A stretch of DNA of 64,000 nt from the human T2T-CHM13v2.0 reference genome, Homo sapiens: assembly GCF_009914755.1 (NCBI RefSeq), contig NC_060927.1. One strand, written 5' to 3'. The notes beneath the pieces are model-generated. The model made no database searches. It was not told the origin of the DNA and worked only from the letters and a program-made list of their open reading frames with translations. Positions 22,591-37,126 of this stretch are shown one piece after another. Numbering within the stretch: position 1 is the stretch's first letter; each line of letters begins with the position of its first letter. The translations under genes were made by a program, and so were the position numbers.

Positions 22591-25500
22591 AGAAATGTCA
22601 GTAAGTTAGAAGTATTTGACATCTACCCTCCTCCTGTGTCCTCATTATGCCAGATAAGGTCTTCCTTTATTGGAAAGGATCCAGGTAATGATATAGTGGA
22701 AAAAATATTAACAAAGTAGCTGATGTTATCTACATAATAAACTGGTCATAGCAATAAAGGCAAAAGTGCAGCAGGAATAAGGAGGGCGTAAATGAGTTTA
22801 TAGAGGCTGAACAAAAGCAGATATTTACAGTTTGGAGATGAAGAGATGGCACTTGGGACAACGGGGGAGTAGACAGTTGCCAGACAAGTGAAATAAATAG
22901 CAAGAGATTGAAAAAATGGCTTTCCAAAAATCTGAGAAACATTGTAATTGTAATACCCTTAGTGAAATTTTTAAGAAAAACTATAGCCAAGATTCAAACA
23001 GCTTTACAAATTTTGGGGTCAAATTCTATTTTTTGTTTGTTTGTTTTATGACAATTCTTTTTTGGGGGCTAGCTTACCTCTCTCTGGCCCCTTTCCATGA
23101 GAAATTCAAAATTCCTTAAGTTCCTAGAATTTCTAGATGGAGGCTGGGTAGGCAATACAAAGCTGAATTTGGAAGGATTTCTGCAGTTATCCTACATAAA
23201 TCTCACTCAAACAAGAAAGAAAAAAGCTCATTTGCAAAGAGAAAAAGGTATTATAAAAACATAGCTTTACACTCTTTGTACAAAAATGTGTAGTAACTAA
23301 ACATTCAATCCACCACCCAATAAATAAGGATGCCAGAGTAACTAATATGATTCATGCAATAAAGAAGGCAGTGAGGGAGGAAAAAGGTGTTCAGAACCTG
23401 TGTATAGAGGGTGAAGGGAGGGTTTGTTTTTTAAGAGGCCACAGAATGAAAGGAAATATGCATGAAAGATTTTGACATAGAGAGACTAGTAATGTAGAAT
23501 TTAAAATTTTTTGTTGAAATTGAGGTCTGTCTGCTAACATTTTTTGGAAGAGCCTATTAAATGACTAAATTGCTTTAATGACTTTTTCCTAAGTGAGTCT
23601 CTGTTGAGGCTGGCTTCCAGGCAAGATACAACTCCCCTAACTTTATGCATGTTACAAATAAATAGCATTATTTTACATTGTCTTTATTATCCACTTTGGA
23701 ATGAATTAGCTTCAGGTAAGTTTTTGGAGGGTCAAGTTTACTCCTCTATCCACAGAGCCTATGACAATATCTAGCATAAAATACATTGTTTATGAATTAA
23801 CTAATAGATGATTGAGTTAACAATCTAATTTTTGAATAGGGAAAACTTGTACCAATTGATGGCTGTTGTCCATATTGATAGGACTCATTTATTTTGTACA
23901 CTTAGAAGTAGAGATGTAGAATATTTTTATTTTAATTTTCTGATGAGAAGACACACATTGAAAAAGAATCAGGAATTGTGAATGATGTTCATGTCAAAGA
24001 GTGGTCAGCAAAGTAGCTATTCATATATTTATTAGAAATTTGGTTTCTTGCCATTTTATTTCCACCCAGCCACCAGTGGAAATGATACTTATAAATATTT
24101 TATTGAATAGCTTTCATTTTAACGTAAGTAGTAAGTAGAAGAACAGATGCTTCTGTGTCTATGGGAGTGCCTTTGTGAAGAAGCCAAATGCCAGGCTGCT
24201 TTGGCGAGAACTTTAATATTGGCTAGCTCTCTGGATCAAGTGTCCTCATCAAGATTTATTATATTTTTCAAGTATCATATAATAACTTTTAAATATTTTA
24301 TTAACTAATTTTAGGAAAGCCCACTTGCTTCAAATTTTCAACTGAAAATAACATAATTTGAGAATTATTACTACACAGGCTGTCTTCTGAACCTGACTGT
24401 TCTATGCATTCTGTCTTCAGCCTTACTCGTAAGAGGCCACTTCCTCACCGTCGCTCCATCTCACACCATGCATGTTGGCCTTTAATGATTCCAGGTGATT
24501 GATGTGGAGAACTTTGGTCCAAGATAAATTCGACACTACCTCCTTTTTCTCTCCTCAGGGTCTCCACTTTGCCTCTTCCTTTAACCTGACATAGCTCAAT
24601 CAGTTCTGCCTTGGCCAAGATTTATTTTACACTTGTTAAAGGTATGATTTATCTCTACTGGTAGTATACTATATTTGGTCACACAGGTTCCTGAGGGAGG
24701 TCACACAGGGGACATTCAAGCTGAATTAAATTATTCATACTCTATGTTAGGTTTTTGCCACAAATTCCTGGTCTCACTGCAGGAAGTTGGACATTGTATC
24801 ATGAATTAAATAAAGTGGCTGGCTTAAACAGGACAAATACGTTTCTCCCAGAAGTAGTTAATTGCATCGTTGATTTAGTGACTCAGTGATTGAGATGGCT
24901 TTCCTTGGTCTTCCCAAGATGTTGGTAGTATGGTTGCTAAGGCTGTTCCCATCATATCATATCCAGCCAAGACAATTACAAAAGAAAGAAAAAGCAGCAC
25001 TAGCACCTGCATCTCATTAGCCAGGGGCCTGTCACATGGTCAGCCCTAACCGGATGTTGTTTAGGCCAGTCTTCAATGTCTGCCACACTTTCCTTTACCA
25101 CTTGCCTTTAGGGGCCAGGCTTAAAGTTTCCGCCCTAGTATTTTACTTAGACCTCCAAAACTGAGGGCATCTCTAAAATAGAAGAGCATATCCAGTTTAT
25201 CAATCCAGTCACAGTAAAAAGAACTCAAACACACACACAAAAAAGCAAGCTATTTGTGCCACTTCATTTCTCCCACCAAGTCCACCACTGCCCAGCACCA
25301 TAGAAGCAGTTTATTCATGATGATGTCATTTGGTCCTTGATATATTGGTGTTTCTCTTCTCCGAGGAAGAGGATTCATTTTTTGGAAATAGGGAAATTTC
25401 ATCTCAGAACTACATTCTGAATGTAGGATTTGCAACTTGGAGAATGTTAGTTCCACACACCAGTGCATTGTTTAGGATTGTTCACATCAAATCTACTTTT

Positions 25501-25659
25501 TGTTTTTATCCTACTTCTCAATTACATTGAGGAGCCAGAGTGTTACAGGATCAATTCAATTCTCTAGATTCCAAGGGAGGGTTAATATTTTACCTCACTT
25601 TTGAAACAAACAAAATATGTTCAATATAAGAATTTGTGTGGCTTTCGTAGTGTTCTTTT

Positions 25660-28600
25660 CCTCCACCATTTTTATTTTAGAAAATTTGCAAAAAAGGAAC
25701 AGTGTACATTATTTTATCCCTTACTTACAATCACCAATTGTTAACATTTTCCCACTCCAAATACTTAAGCATGTAGCTGTTAACTTAAGCATGTAGCGTG
25801 TTAATACTTAAGAAATGTTTTTATATAACTATAATAGAATGTTCACATTGAAAAATTAACATTGATTTATTATTGTATATTGCCCATATTTTAATTTGCC
25901 TAATTTACCCAATAATGTTCCATTTCTTGTTCCCCCCTTTTCTAGGACCCAATCAATGCATTTAATTGTCATCATTCTGTAGTCTACTTTAATAAAAAAA
26001 ATCATTCCTTATCTTTTTTTTCCCTTTCATGACACTGATATTTTTTAAGAAGGCAAGCCATTTGTATTGCAGAATCATTTGTTTTGTTTCTTTCCTCATG
26101 ATTAGATTAACGCTAAACATTTTTAATACGAATACTAGAGAGATGATTCTGTATCATTCTCAGTGCATTATAGCAGGTCATGATGTTAATTTGTTCTACT
26201 ATTAGCAGTATTACATTTGATCATTTGGTAAAGGTAGTATTCAACACATTTCTCATCTGTGATGTCTTTTCCCCTTCACAATTAATAACTAATCCATAAG
26301 ATCATATGTTGAGACTGTGTTCCCAAACAATCTTTAACCCAATGATTTTAGCATCCATTGATAATTTGTGCCTGAACTGATTCCTAAAATGTTGATTAAA
26401 AATGATGATTTTCTAATTTGGCCATTGCTCCTACATTTATTAGTTGGCATTTTTCTATAAAATAGAGATTTCACTCCCTCCTCTGCCTTTTGAAACTTAG
26501 TATTACTATGGCTCATAGATTTGTTTATTAGTCAATCTGTTATAAACCATTTCCATCATAATATAAACCATATTTCTTTTTAATGCTCAAATTATCCCAG
26601 ATTTGGCCAAAGGGAACCTCTTCAAAATTTTATGTCTTCTTGATATGCTCCTATCAACTTTTGAGAACGTCTTATTCTGATGTGACAGTATGTCCCATGC
26701 TTACCTTGTTTCTCTTGCACAGACCTAGAGGTAGCCATTTTCCAAGGAGTTCTAGCTTCCTTCAGAGGAAAATAGTTCTTATAGAATCAAGGTCTAAGTG
26801 ATTTACATGCTCATTGTTACTGATATACTATTGCTACTAACTTCATCAGGGAACAGAACTAAGAGATATATATTTTAAAAATCATTAACTTGTATCTATA
26901 ATTCCATTTCAAATTCAACATTATAGTATTTTTTCTCTCCTCCCAATGTGCATTTGTAACTTTCTTCTTCCACAGTTGAAAATGAATGTGGTTGCATCAA
27001 TATCAATATGTGTACTGTGCACTCAATCATTCAAGACACATGAAACAGTTTCAGACTTATTATACTCATACCACTAGCACTAAAAAATTATTAATTAAAG
27101 GTCAAGATTTCCTTTTGTTTTTAGAATATATACCACTGGGAATATAGTGGAGTATTTTATATAAAAGTTGCTTTTTAGTTACTGTGAATCCAATTAAGTA
27201 TTTGCTTGTATTTGTATTTTTTGCAGCTCTTTCTTGAATTAGTTTTTCTTGAATATAAACATATTAATATCATTCAAAAGTCAAATCAGAAAATGATAAA
27301 GTCAGAGCAAGTAGAAATACTCTGTAAAGTCTCTTTTCTTTTCTTACCTTTTCTAGTGTTTCCATATATCTTCTGTAGGAAACAAGTGTAATCATTTTTT
27401 AGTTTTACCCTTCCTGCATTTCTTTGGCAAAAATAAGCATATATACATACCTCCATGCTCATAGATGTAAACATTTACCCCCTTCTTTTATTTTATTCAT
27501 ATTTCTTGATTTCTTAAAATTATTTACATTTTTCTATAGTTAGCTCTTAGAATAAATGTTACACAAAATTTCCTCCCAGTTTGTAATTTATGTTTTAATT
27601 TATTTATAATTTTGTTGTCTAGGCACAAGGCTGTTCTTTTTATGTTGTTGAATTTACCAGTATTTTCTTTTATTATATCAGGATAGTAAGACACAAGTAG
27701 AAAGATCTGGCCCCTTTGCCTATCCAGATTACATGGGAATTAATTCATGTTTTCTTCCATTTGTGTGTGCTTTTGTTTTGTACAATTAGATTTCTGATAC
27801 TTTGAGAGTTCATTTTTGTGTAATCTATGGGATACAAATTCAATATTATATTTCTCAGATGGCAATACAGTTGACCTATCATATTTACTAATAAGCCTGC
27901 ACTATCTACAATGATTGAGGTGTCACCTTTACACTACACTAAATTTCTATACATACTTGGGTTCTTTTCTGAACTTTCTATTCTGTTCTACTGCTCTTTG
28001 CATTGAACCATATGCCAGTAAACAACCGTTTTGATTACAGAAGCTTTGTAGCATGTTTGCGTATCTGATAAGTATATGCACTTTGTTACTCTTCTTCAGG
28101 ATTTCAGACCTTGCAGGTTTATTTTTCTATGATAACTTTAGAATTAACTTGTATAGCAAAAAATAAAATTATGTGAATTTTTATTGAAATTGCACTCAAT
28201 TTAGATATTAACTTAAAGAAATTTGTCATGCATATGATACTGAATCCAAAACCAAAAACTGTTTGTCGTTCAGTCCAAAACTATTTTTGTGCTTTTATGA
28301 GAGTTTTTAAGTTTTACAGTTAGAGGTTTCACATATTTCTTGTTTTGTGTTTCTAAATTTTCCGCATTTTGTTGCTATTTAAATATTTTTTTTAAAAGTA
28401 TTTTTCCACAGTTATGATTTTTTGTGTGCAGTTGAAGGCTGTTGGGTTTTTGATGTTCATTTTTATATTCTATTATGTTATAGGATATTATTATATGCAT
28501 TGGTTTTATGATTTCTTCTCTCACATTTCCAAAAAATAGTCATATCATTTGAAAATAGATACATTTTACTTCTTCTTTTCAAATTGACTGATATTCCTAT

Positions 28601-29610
28601 ACAATGTTAAACAGTAGTAGTTAAGTAGACATCTTTGCTTTGTTCCTGACCTGAGTATGAAGGCTTCTACTACGTGGATATGTGTGTGTGTATGTGTATA
28701 GTACTTATTCCTTTAAATATTATTAGAAGAATTATGTATCAAATTTTGTCAAAGGAATCCTGGGAAACTAGTATTTTCTCCCTGGCAGTATTAATATAAA
28801 GAAATAAATGAATAGATTTCCAAAACCTCACTTGGTCATTATGTATTACTTTCCTGTGGGTCTATTCAGTTCCATCTGATGATGTTTTATTTAGAATTTT
28901 TACATCTGTATTTACAAGTAATATTTGTTTTTTGTTTGTTTTGTTTTCTGCTACCACCATTCACCATTTAATGATATATCTGTCTCATAAGAAGTAATTT
29001 GGAAGTCTTCCTTCACTTTTATGAAGTGAAGGATATAACTACATAAGTTATATGAACAACTTATGTAGCAATTGCACAAATAAATATTAACCATTTTATA
29101 GACCGCCCCTGTGGAACCACCTAACTCTGGTTCTAATTTTGGTAGGATGTTTTTTTGTTTGTTTGTTTTGTTTTTTTCTTCTTTACCTTTCACTATTCTC
29201 CAGTGAAACCCATCTATTTCAACTCTGTGTCTCAGGATTGTTTTTACTTACTGTAGGTTACTAGGAAAATTTCCTCCTTACCTAAGTATACAACATATTT
29301 GCGTACAGATATAGAAAGTATTCTGTCATGATTTTTGTTATTTCATGATTTTATTTATATGTTTTTGTTAATTATTTTGTATATTTTTGCTTTCTTGCTT
29401 TCCATGTCTTTGTTTTTTGGTTAATGTTTTTATATAACTAGTATTTATATTTAAATTTAGTTTTTAATTTTGGGGGCTGATTTATTTTCATTTTTTAAAA
29501 AAATCCTTCCTTAGTTTTTTCTTGTAAACTGTACATTTTTAGATGTTTTGAGTTGGAAAAATTTTTAAAATAAATACAAGCCATAGATTGTAATATATAG
29601 GAATTTTGTT
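25660..29610 (-). mobile_element. Ancient mammalian LINE-1 (L1M, MC/MD/ME type), 3' UTR and decayed ORF2
   Basis: T-rich sequence with recognisable antisense L1 motifs (ctattctgttctactg, ttttacttcttcttttc, acaatgttaaacagtagtag, gacatctttgctttgttcctgac). Confidence 0.7.
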
Positions 29611-29780
29611 TTCATTCAAAAAATTTGTACCCATAGCTTAGCTCCCACTTATAAATGAGAACATGAAGTATTCGGTTTTCCATTCCTGAGTTACTTCACC
29701 TAGAATAATGGCCTCCAGTTCTGACCAAGTTGCTGCAGAAGACATTATTTCATTCTTTTTATGGATGAGTAGTATTCCAT

Positions 29781-29782
<2 letters not shown>

Positions 29783-29821
<39 letters not shown>
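29783..29821. repeat. (TG)n microsatellite within the L1PB
   Basis: About 19 TG units. Confidence 0.95.
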
Positions 29822-29822
<1 letters not shown>

Positions 29823-32003
29823 TCACAGTTTATCCACTCCTTAGTTGGTGGGCACTTAAGTTGCTTCAATATCATCGAAAATTTGAATTGTGCTGAGGTA
29901 AACATACATGTGCAGCCGTCTTTTTTCCATTATGACTTCTTTTCCTTTGGGTAGATACCCAGTAATGGGATTGCTGGATCGAATCGTGAATGTATTTTTA
30001 GTTCTTTGGAAAATCCCCATACTGTTTTCCATAGAGACTGTAGTTATTTACATCCCCACAAGCATTGTATAGGTGTTGGCTTTTCACCCCATCCATGCCA
30101 ACATCTATTTTTTTTTTAACTTTTTAGTAATGACCATTCTTGATGTGGTAAGATGCTATCATATGGTTTTAATTTGCATTTCCCTGATGATTAGTGATAT
30201 TGAGCATTTTTTCATATGTAAATTGGCCATTTGTATATCTTCTTTTGAGAAATGTCTGTTCATGCCATTTGCCCATTTTTAATGGGAATATTTGTTTGTT
30301 TGTTTGTTTTTCTTGCTGGTTTGTTTGACTTACTTGTAGATTCTGAATATTAATCCTTTGTTGGATGTATAGTTGGCAAGTATTTTCTCCCATTTGGTAG
30401 GTTCTCCATTTGCTCTGATGATTATTTCTTTTGCTGTACGAAGCTTTTTAGTTTAATTGTCTCATTTTCTGTTTTTATTTTTCTTGATGCTTTTGGGATC
30501 TTAGTCTAATTTATTTGATTACGCAAATGTCCAGAAGAGTTTTTCCTAGGTTTTCTTCTAGATTTGTAGTGGTTTCAAGTCTTAGATTTAAGACTTTAAT
30601 CCATCTTGAGTTAGTTTTTTTATATGGTGAGAGATAGGGATCTAGTTTTATTCTTCTACATGTGGCTGTGGAATTTTCTCAGCACTATTTATGGAATATG
30701 GTATACTTTCTCAGCTGATGTTTTAGTATACTTTGTCAAGTTCAGTTAGTTTTAAGTATGTGACTTTATTTCTGGGTTCTTTATTCTGTTCCATTGGTCT
30801 ATCTACTTTTATACCAGTACCATGCTGTTTTGGCTATTATATAGCCTCATAGTATAATTTGAAGTTGGGTAATGTGATGCCTCCAGTTTTGCTCTTTTTA
30901 CTTAGGATTGCTTTGGCTACTCAGGCTCTTTTTTGGTTCCATGTATATTTTAGGATTTGTTTCTAATTCTAGGAAAATTAAGTTAGTATTTTGATAGGAA
31001 TTCTATTGAATCCCTAGATTGCTTTGGGCAGTATAGTTATTTTCATGATATGGACTCTTCCAATCTATGAACATGGGATGTATTTCCACTTTTATGGCAT
31101 CTATCATTTCTTTCAGCAGTGTTTTGCATTTCTCTTTGTAGAAATCTTTTGACTCCTTGGTTAAGTATATTCCTAGGTACTTTATATTTTTTGGAGCTGT
31201 TGTGAAATGGACTGAGTTCTTGATTTGATTCTCAACTTGGTTATTGTTGGTTTATAACAAGCTACTGATTGTATACATTGATTTTGCAACGTGAAAAGTT
31301 ACTGAATTCATTTCTAAAATCTAAGAGTCTTTTGGAGGAGTCTTTAAAATGTTCTAGGTATAAGATAGTATCAGCAAACATATAGGGTTCGACTTCCTCT
31401 CTTCCAATTTGGATACATTTTATTTCATTCTCCTGTCTGATTTCTCTGGCTAGGACTTCCAGCATCATGTTAAATAACAGCGGTGAAAGTGGACATCTTG
31501 TCATGTTTCCGTTAATAGGGGGGATGCTTTCAACTTTTCCCCATTGAGAATTATGTTGAACTTGGATTTGTCATATATGGCTTTTTAAATTTTTAGGAAT
31601 GTTCCTTCTACTTATGGTTTGTTGCGGGTTTTCATCATAAAAGCATGATGAATTTTAGCAAATGCTTTTACTGCATCTACTGAGATAATCTTATGTTTTT
31701 AAATTCTGTTGATATGATGTATCACATTTATTGAGTTGCATATGTTGAAACATCCCTGCATCCCTGGGATGAAACCCGCTTGATCATGGTGAATTTTTTT
31801 ATGTGTTTTTGGATTCAGTTAGTATTTTGTTGAGGCTTTTTGTATCTATGTTCATCAGAGATATTGTTCTATAGTTTTCTTTTATTTCTATCATTTCCTG
31901 TCATTAGTATCAGGGTAATCCTGGGTTCATAAAATGAGTTAGAGAGGAGTCTCTCCTTCTCAATCTTTTGGGATAGTTTCAGTAGGATTAGTACCTGTTC
32001 TTT

Positions 32004-33456
32004 ATTTTTTAATTTTTATTTTTAAAAATTGTTGTGAGTACCTAATAGGTGTATATATTTATGGGGTATATGGGATATTTTGATACAGCCACTCAGTGTG
32101 AAATAAGCACATCAGAGAGAATGGAGTATCCATCCCCTCAAGCATTTATCCTTTGAATTACAAACCAATCCAATTACATTATTTATTTTGAAATATAGAA
32201 TGAAGTTATCATTACTATAGTCACCTTATTGTGCTATCAAACAATGGGTCTTATTCATTGTTTCTATTTTTCATGTACCCATTAATCATCTCCACCTCCT
32301 CCCCAACCCTCCACTACCCATCCCAGCCTCTGATAATCAACCTTCTATTCTCTATGACTGTGGGTTCAATTGTTTTGATTTTTAGATCCCACAAATAAGT
32401 GAGAACATGCGATGTTTGTCTTTCTGTTCCTGGTTTATTTCACTTAACATAATGACCTCCAGTTCCATGCATGTTGTTGCAAATGACTAGATCTTATTAT
32501 TTTTTATGGCTAAATATTACTCCGTAGTGTATATGCATCACATTTTCTTTACCCATTTATCTGTTGATGGACACTTAGTTGGCTTCCAAATCTTAGCTAT
32601 TGTAAACAGTGTGGCAACAAATGTAGGAGTGCAGATATCTCTTCAATATTCTGATTTCCTTTCTTTGAGTATATACGCAGCAGTGGAATTGATGGATCAC
32701 ATAGTAGCTCAATTTTCAGATTTTTGAGAAACCTCCAAACTGTTCTCCATAGTGGTTGTACTAATTTACATTCCCATCAACAGTGTACAAGGGTTCTCTT
32801 TTCTTCACATCTTCACCATCATTTGTTTTTGCCCGTTTTTTGGATATAAGCCATTTTAACTAGGGTGAGATGATATCTCATGGTAGTTTTATTTGCATTT
32901 GCACATGTTGTGGGAGGGACCCAAAGAAGGTAATTGAATCATGGGGCTGGTCTTTCCTGTGCTATTCTCATGTGAGTGAATATGTCTCAAGGGATCTGAT
33001 GGGTTTATCAGGGGTTTCCACTTTTGCTTCTTCATTTTTTCTTGCCACCACCATGTAAGAAGGGCCTTTTGCCTCCTGCCATGATCCTGAGGACTCCCCA
33101 TCCATGTGGAACTATAAGTCCAATTAAACCTCTTTTTCTTCCCAGTCTCAGGTATGTCTTTATCAGCAGCATGAAAACAGACTAATACAGCATAAAAAAT
33201 GCTACTGATGTTTGTATGTTGATTTTGTATCCTGCAACTTTACTGCATTTTTTAAATCCATTCTAATCGTTTTCTTATGGAGTCTAGGTTTATCCAAATA
33301 TAAGATCATATCATCAGCTAATGAGGGTAATTTTACTTCTTCCTTTCCAATTTGGATGCCCTTTATTTCTTTCTCTTGTCTGATTGCTCTAGCTAGGACT
33401 TCCAGTAATACACTGAATAAGGGTGGTAACAGTAGGCATCTTTGTCATGTCCCAGG
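32004..33456 (-). mobile_element. 5'-truncated L1MA1/L1MA2 nested in the L1PB
   Basis: New T-tail and L1MA1/2 3' UTR ('taggtgtatatatttatgggg...ccatcccctcaagcatttatccttt'). Degenerate TSD gtacctgttcttt (31991-32003) / gtatcagttcttt (33457-33469). Confidence 0.85.
32902..33189 (+). mobile_element. THE1A-like MaLR solo LTR lacking its first ~60 bp
   Basis: 'tgggagggaccc...gtaattgaatcatgggg...ttatcaggggtttcc...caattaaacctcttt...agactaataca'. Confidence 0.92.
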
Positions 33457-36400
33457 GTATCAGTTCTTTGAACATGTGGTAGAATTTGGCTGTGAATCTA
33501 TCTGGTTCTGGGCTTTCCTTTTGTTGGCAGAATTATTTTTATTGCTGATTCAATCTCACTGCTTCTTATTGGTCTGTTCAGGATTTCTGTTTATTCCTGA
33601 TTCAAGCTAGGGAGTTGTATGTTTCCAGGAACTTATTCATTTCTTCTGGCTCTCTAGTTTGTGTGCATAGAGATGTTCATAGTAGTCTCAAATAATTATT
33701 TTTGTATTTTTGTGGTGTCAGTGATAATGTCTCCATTTTCATTTCTAACTGAGCTTATTCGTATCTTTTCTCCTCTTTTCTTGGTTAGTCTGGGTAGTGG
33801 TCTATCAGTCTTGTTTATCTTTCAGAGAACAAAATTTTATTTCTTTGATCTTTTTTATTGTTTTCATTTTCAGTTTTATTTAGTTCTGTTCTAATCTTTG
33901 TTATTTCTTTTCTTCTGTTAGCTTTGAGTCTGGTTTGCTCGTTCTTTAGTTCCCTGAGGTGTGACATTAGTTTGTCAATAGGTAATCTTTCTGACTTTTT
34001 GATATACGCATTTAGTGATATAAGCTTTCTTCTTAGCACTGCTTCTGCTGTATCCCAGAGGTTTTGATGACTTGTGTCACTGTTATCAGTAATTTCTTAA
34101 AAATTTTAAATTTTTGTCTTGATTTTATTGCTAACCCCCAAATAATTAAAGAGCAGATTGTTTAATTTCCATGTATTTGTATAGTTTTGAGGGTTCCTTT
34201 TGGAATTGATTTCTAGTTTTATTCTGCTATGGTTTGAGATGATGCTTTATATGATTTTGATTTTTAAAAAATTTATGAGACTTGTTTTGTGGCCTAGCAT
34301 ATGGTCTATTGTCAAGAATTTTCCACATACTGATGAGAAGAATGTATATTTTGCAGTTCTTGGTTAGGGTGTTCTGTAAATATCCATTAGGTACATTTGA
34401 TCTAGAGTTCAGTTTAAGTCCACTTTTTCTTTGTTAACTTTCTGCCTCAATGATGTGTATAGTGTGCCGGTGAAGTGTTGAAGTCTTCCAATCTTATTGT
34501 GTTACTGTCTATCTCTTTTCTTAGGTGTAGTGGTAATTATTTTATGGAATCTGGGAGCTCTGAAATTAGATGCACATACACTTAGGATTGTTATGTCTTC
34601 TTGTTGACTAGATCCTTTTTCATTGTATAATGATCTTCTTTGTCTTTTTCTACTGCTGTTGCTTTAATATATGTTTTATTTGATATAACAATAACTGCTG
34701 TTGCTGTCTTTTGGTTTCCATACGTGTGGAATTTTGTTTTTACCTTTTTACCTTGAGTCTATAAGAATCTTTACATGTTAGGTGTTTCTCTTGGAGACAG
34801 CAGATATTTGACTTGTGATTTTTTTTAATCCATTTTGCCAATCTATATCTGATAAATCAGGCATTTATACCATTTACATTCAAAGTTAATATTGAGATGT
34901 GATGTACTTTACAAACATGATGTGGAATGTTACCTGCTTTGTTATATTCATTGTGTTATTGTTTTATACGCCTTGTGAATTTCATTATTTAAAGTGTGCC
35001 TATTCTGGTGCATATAAACCTTTTGTTTCAAGTGTTAGAGCTCCTTTTTAGCATTTCTTCTAGGGCTGGTCTAGTAATGATAAATTCCCTTAACATTTTC
35101 TTATCTGAGAAAGGCTTTCTACTTTATATCTCTCCTTTATGAATCTCCCAGGAGTTCTTTGAGCTTCTTGTATTTGGATGTCTAAATCTCCAGCAAGGCC
35201 AGGACAGTTTTCCTTAATTATTCCCTCAAAAACGTTTTTCAAATTTTTTTCTTTTTTTTTCCTCTCCCTCAGGAACACCTGTGATTCTTAGGTTTGAACA
35301 TTTTACATAGGCCTATATTTCTTCAAAACGTTGTTAATTTATTCTAATTTTCTTTTTTCTGATTGGGTTAATTTGAAATCCTGTCTTCAAGCTCTGAAAT
35401 CATTTCTCCTACACCATCTAATCTATTCTTAAAACTTTCCACTGCATTTGGTAACTCTCTAAAGGGATCTTTCATTACCAGAATTTCGAATTGGTTTTTC
35501 TTTATAATAGCTATCTCTTTAGAAAACTTTTTATTTGTATCCCAAATTGTTATTTTTTTATGTTGGTTTTCAACTTTCTCTTGTATCTCATCAAGTAACT
35601 TAATAATCAGCCTTTGGAATTCTTTATCTGGTATTTAAAAGATTTCATTTTGGTTTGAATCCATTGCTGGAGAGTTAAAGTGATCTTTTGGGAGTGTTAT
35701 AGAACTCTGTTTCTTCATATAGCCAGAAGTCTTTTTCTGGTTTCTTCTCCTTTGGGTAGACTATTTGTTCTAATTAACTTTTGAATTGTTTTTTCATTTT
35801 TCCTACCTGAAAATGTGACTTTAACGTTTATAGCTTATTTTTACCTAGGTTCTTCTCTGGGTGCTTTCAGTGGCAAAGACTGTATGAATTTCTGGATTAT
35901 ATATAATCTTTGTGTGATTAGTGATGTATTGGGTATGGGAGCAGCTTCACTGCCTCAGTCTTCTGCCTAGGTTACAATGCAGATTCCTGCCTACTGCTTC
36001 TTGCAAAGAGTCTATGGTTTCTTACAGTTTTTCTGTTGGGTTCCTGTGTTGCTTCTTGGATAAACATTTGCAGCAGGAATCTTTACACACTATTTTGTCT
36101 TTCAAGTAGGAGAGGCATGCCAAGAAAGCCTCTAATCAGCCACCTGGAAGAACCAATGCCCCTGCTATTTGTTTTTTGTTTGTTCCATCTATTTTTGCTC
36201 CTCTGTCCTTCTATCCTGCCTTCTTTTGTGTTTATTGTATATTTTTTATAATTCTAAATATCTCTATTGTTTTTTCAGCTATTGTCTATTTTATGATATT
36301 TTTACAAATGGTTTTGGTAGTGATTAAAACCTATAGTAATACACAATTTTATATAGTGTAAGAATTTTGGATTAAACATTTTCTTTTCTTCCCCCCACTC

Positions 36401-37002
36401 TTTAAGCTATTTATTATGTGTTACATATACATATACAATATACTCTACCCTAGAGTGTTATAATTTTCACCTTAAAATTATATGCATTTTAAAGAAATTA
36501 ACAGAAAAATCTATTCTTTTTTATTTACCTATATTTACTATTTATCATACTCTTTCATTCTTTCCACAACTCTGAGTTTATAACAACTCAGATGTTACCA
36601 TCTATCTTCAATATAAAGTACTTCCTTTGTCATTTACTTTAATGCTAGTCTGCTGGTAATTAAGTCTCTTAGGTTTGTTTTTGCTTTTCCAAAAATGCCT
36701 TTATGTTACCTCTGGGATAATTTCACTTGATACGAAATTCCAGATTGACTGATTTATTTTCTTTCAGCACTTTAAAGATATATCCTCACTGTCTGCTGGC
36801 CTCCACTCTTTGTGATAAAATGTTAGCCATCATTGACATCAATGTTCCCATGCATAAATGCTCGGTTTTTTGTTTTGTTTTGTTTTCCTGCAGCTGCATT
36901 GAAGACTTTTTTTTTCTTTATCTTTTCAATAGTTTGGTCATCATACACCTAGGGGTTTTTCTTTGTATTTATCTTACTGGAGTAGTCCGAACTTCTTGCT
37001 TC

Positions 37003-37126
37003 TTTTTTTTTTTTTTTTTTTTAATACTTTAAGTTCTAGGGTACATGTGCACAACGTGCAGGTTTGTTACATAGGTATACATATGCCATGATGGTTTGCT
37101 GCACCCATTAACTCATCATTTACATT
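37003..37126 (-). mobile_element. Very short (~120 bp) L1PA 3'-end insertion
   Basis: Clean poly-T, then 'atactttaagttctagggtacatgtgcacaacgtgcaggtttgttacatagg...tttacatt'. Confidence 0.92.

Larger units (their letters stand above)
29623..36150 (-). mobile_element. L1PB-type LINE-1, near full length but missing its extreme 3' end; interrupted at 32004-33456
   Basis: 'catagcttagctcccactt...ttccattcctgagttacttcac' is an L1PB 3' UTR. ORF2 remnants follow, then an ORF1 remnant (35090-35278 FEGIIKEN..DLDIQIQEAQRTPGRF), with a 5'-end-like 'ctaatcagccacctggaag' near 36140. Confidence 0.85.

Noticed and set aside
25762-25812. Short local duplication (acttaagcatgtagc x2); similar cases at ~42364-42396, ~62255-62275 and ~63002-63045
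   Set aside because: Ordinary slippage duplications in decayed repeats or AT-rich DNA; no spacer structure, not CRISPR-like.
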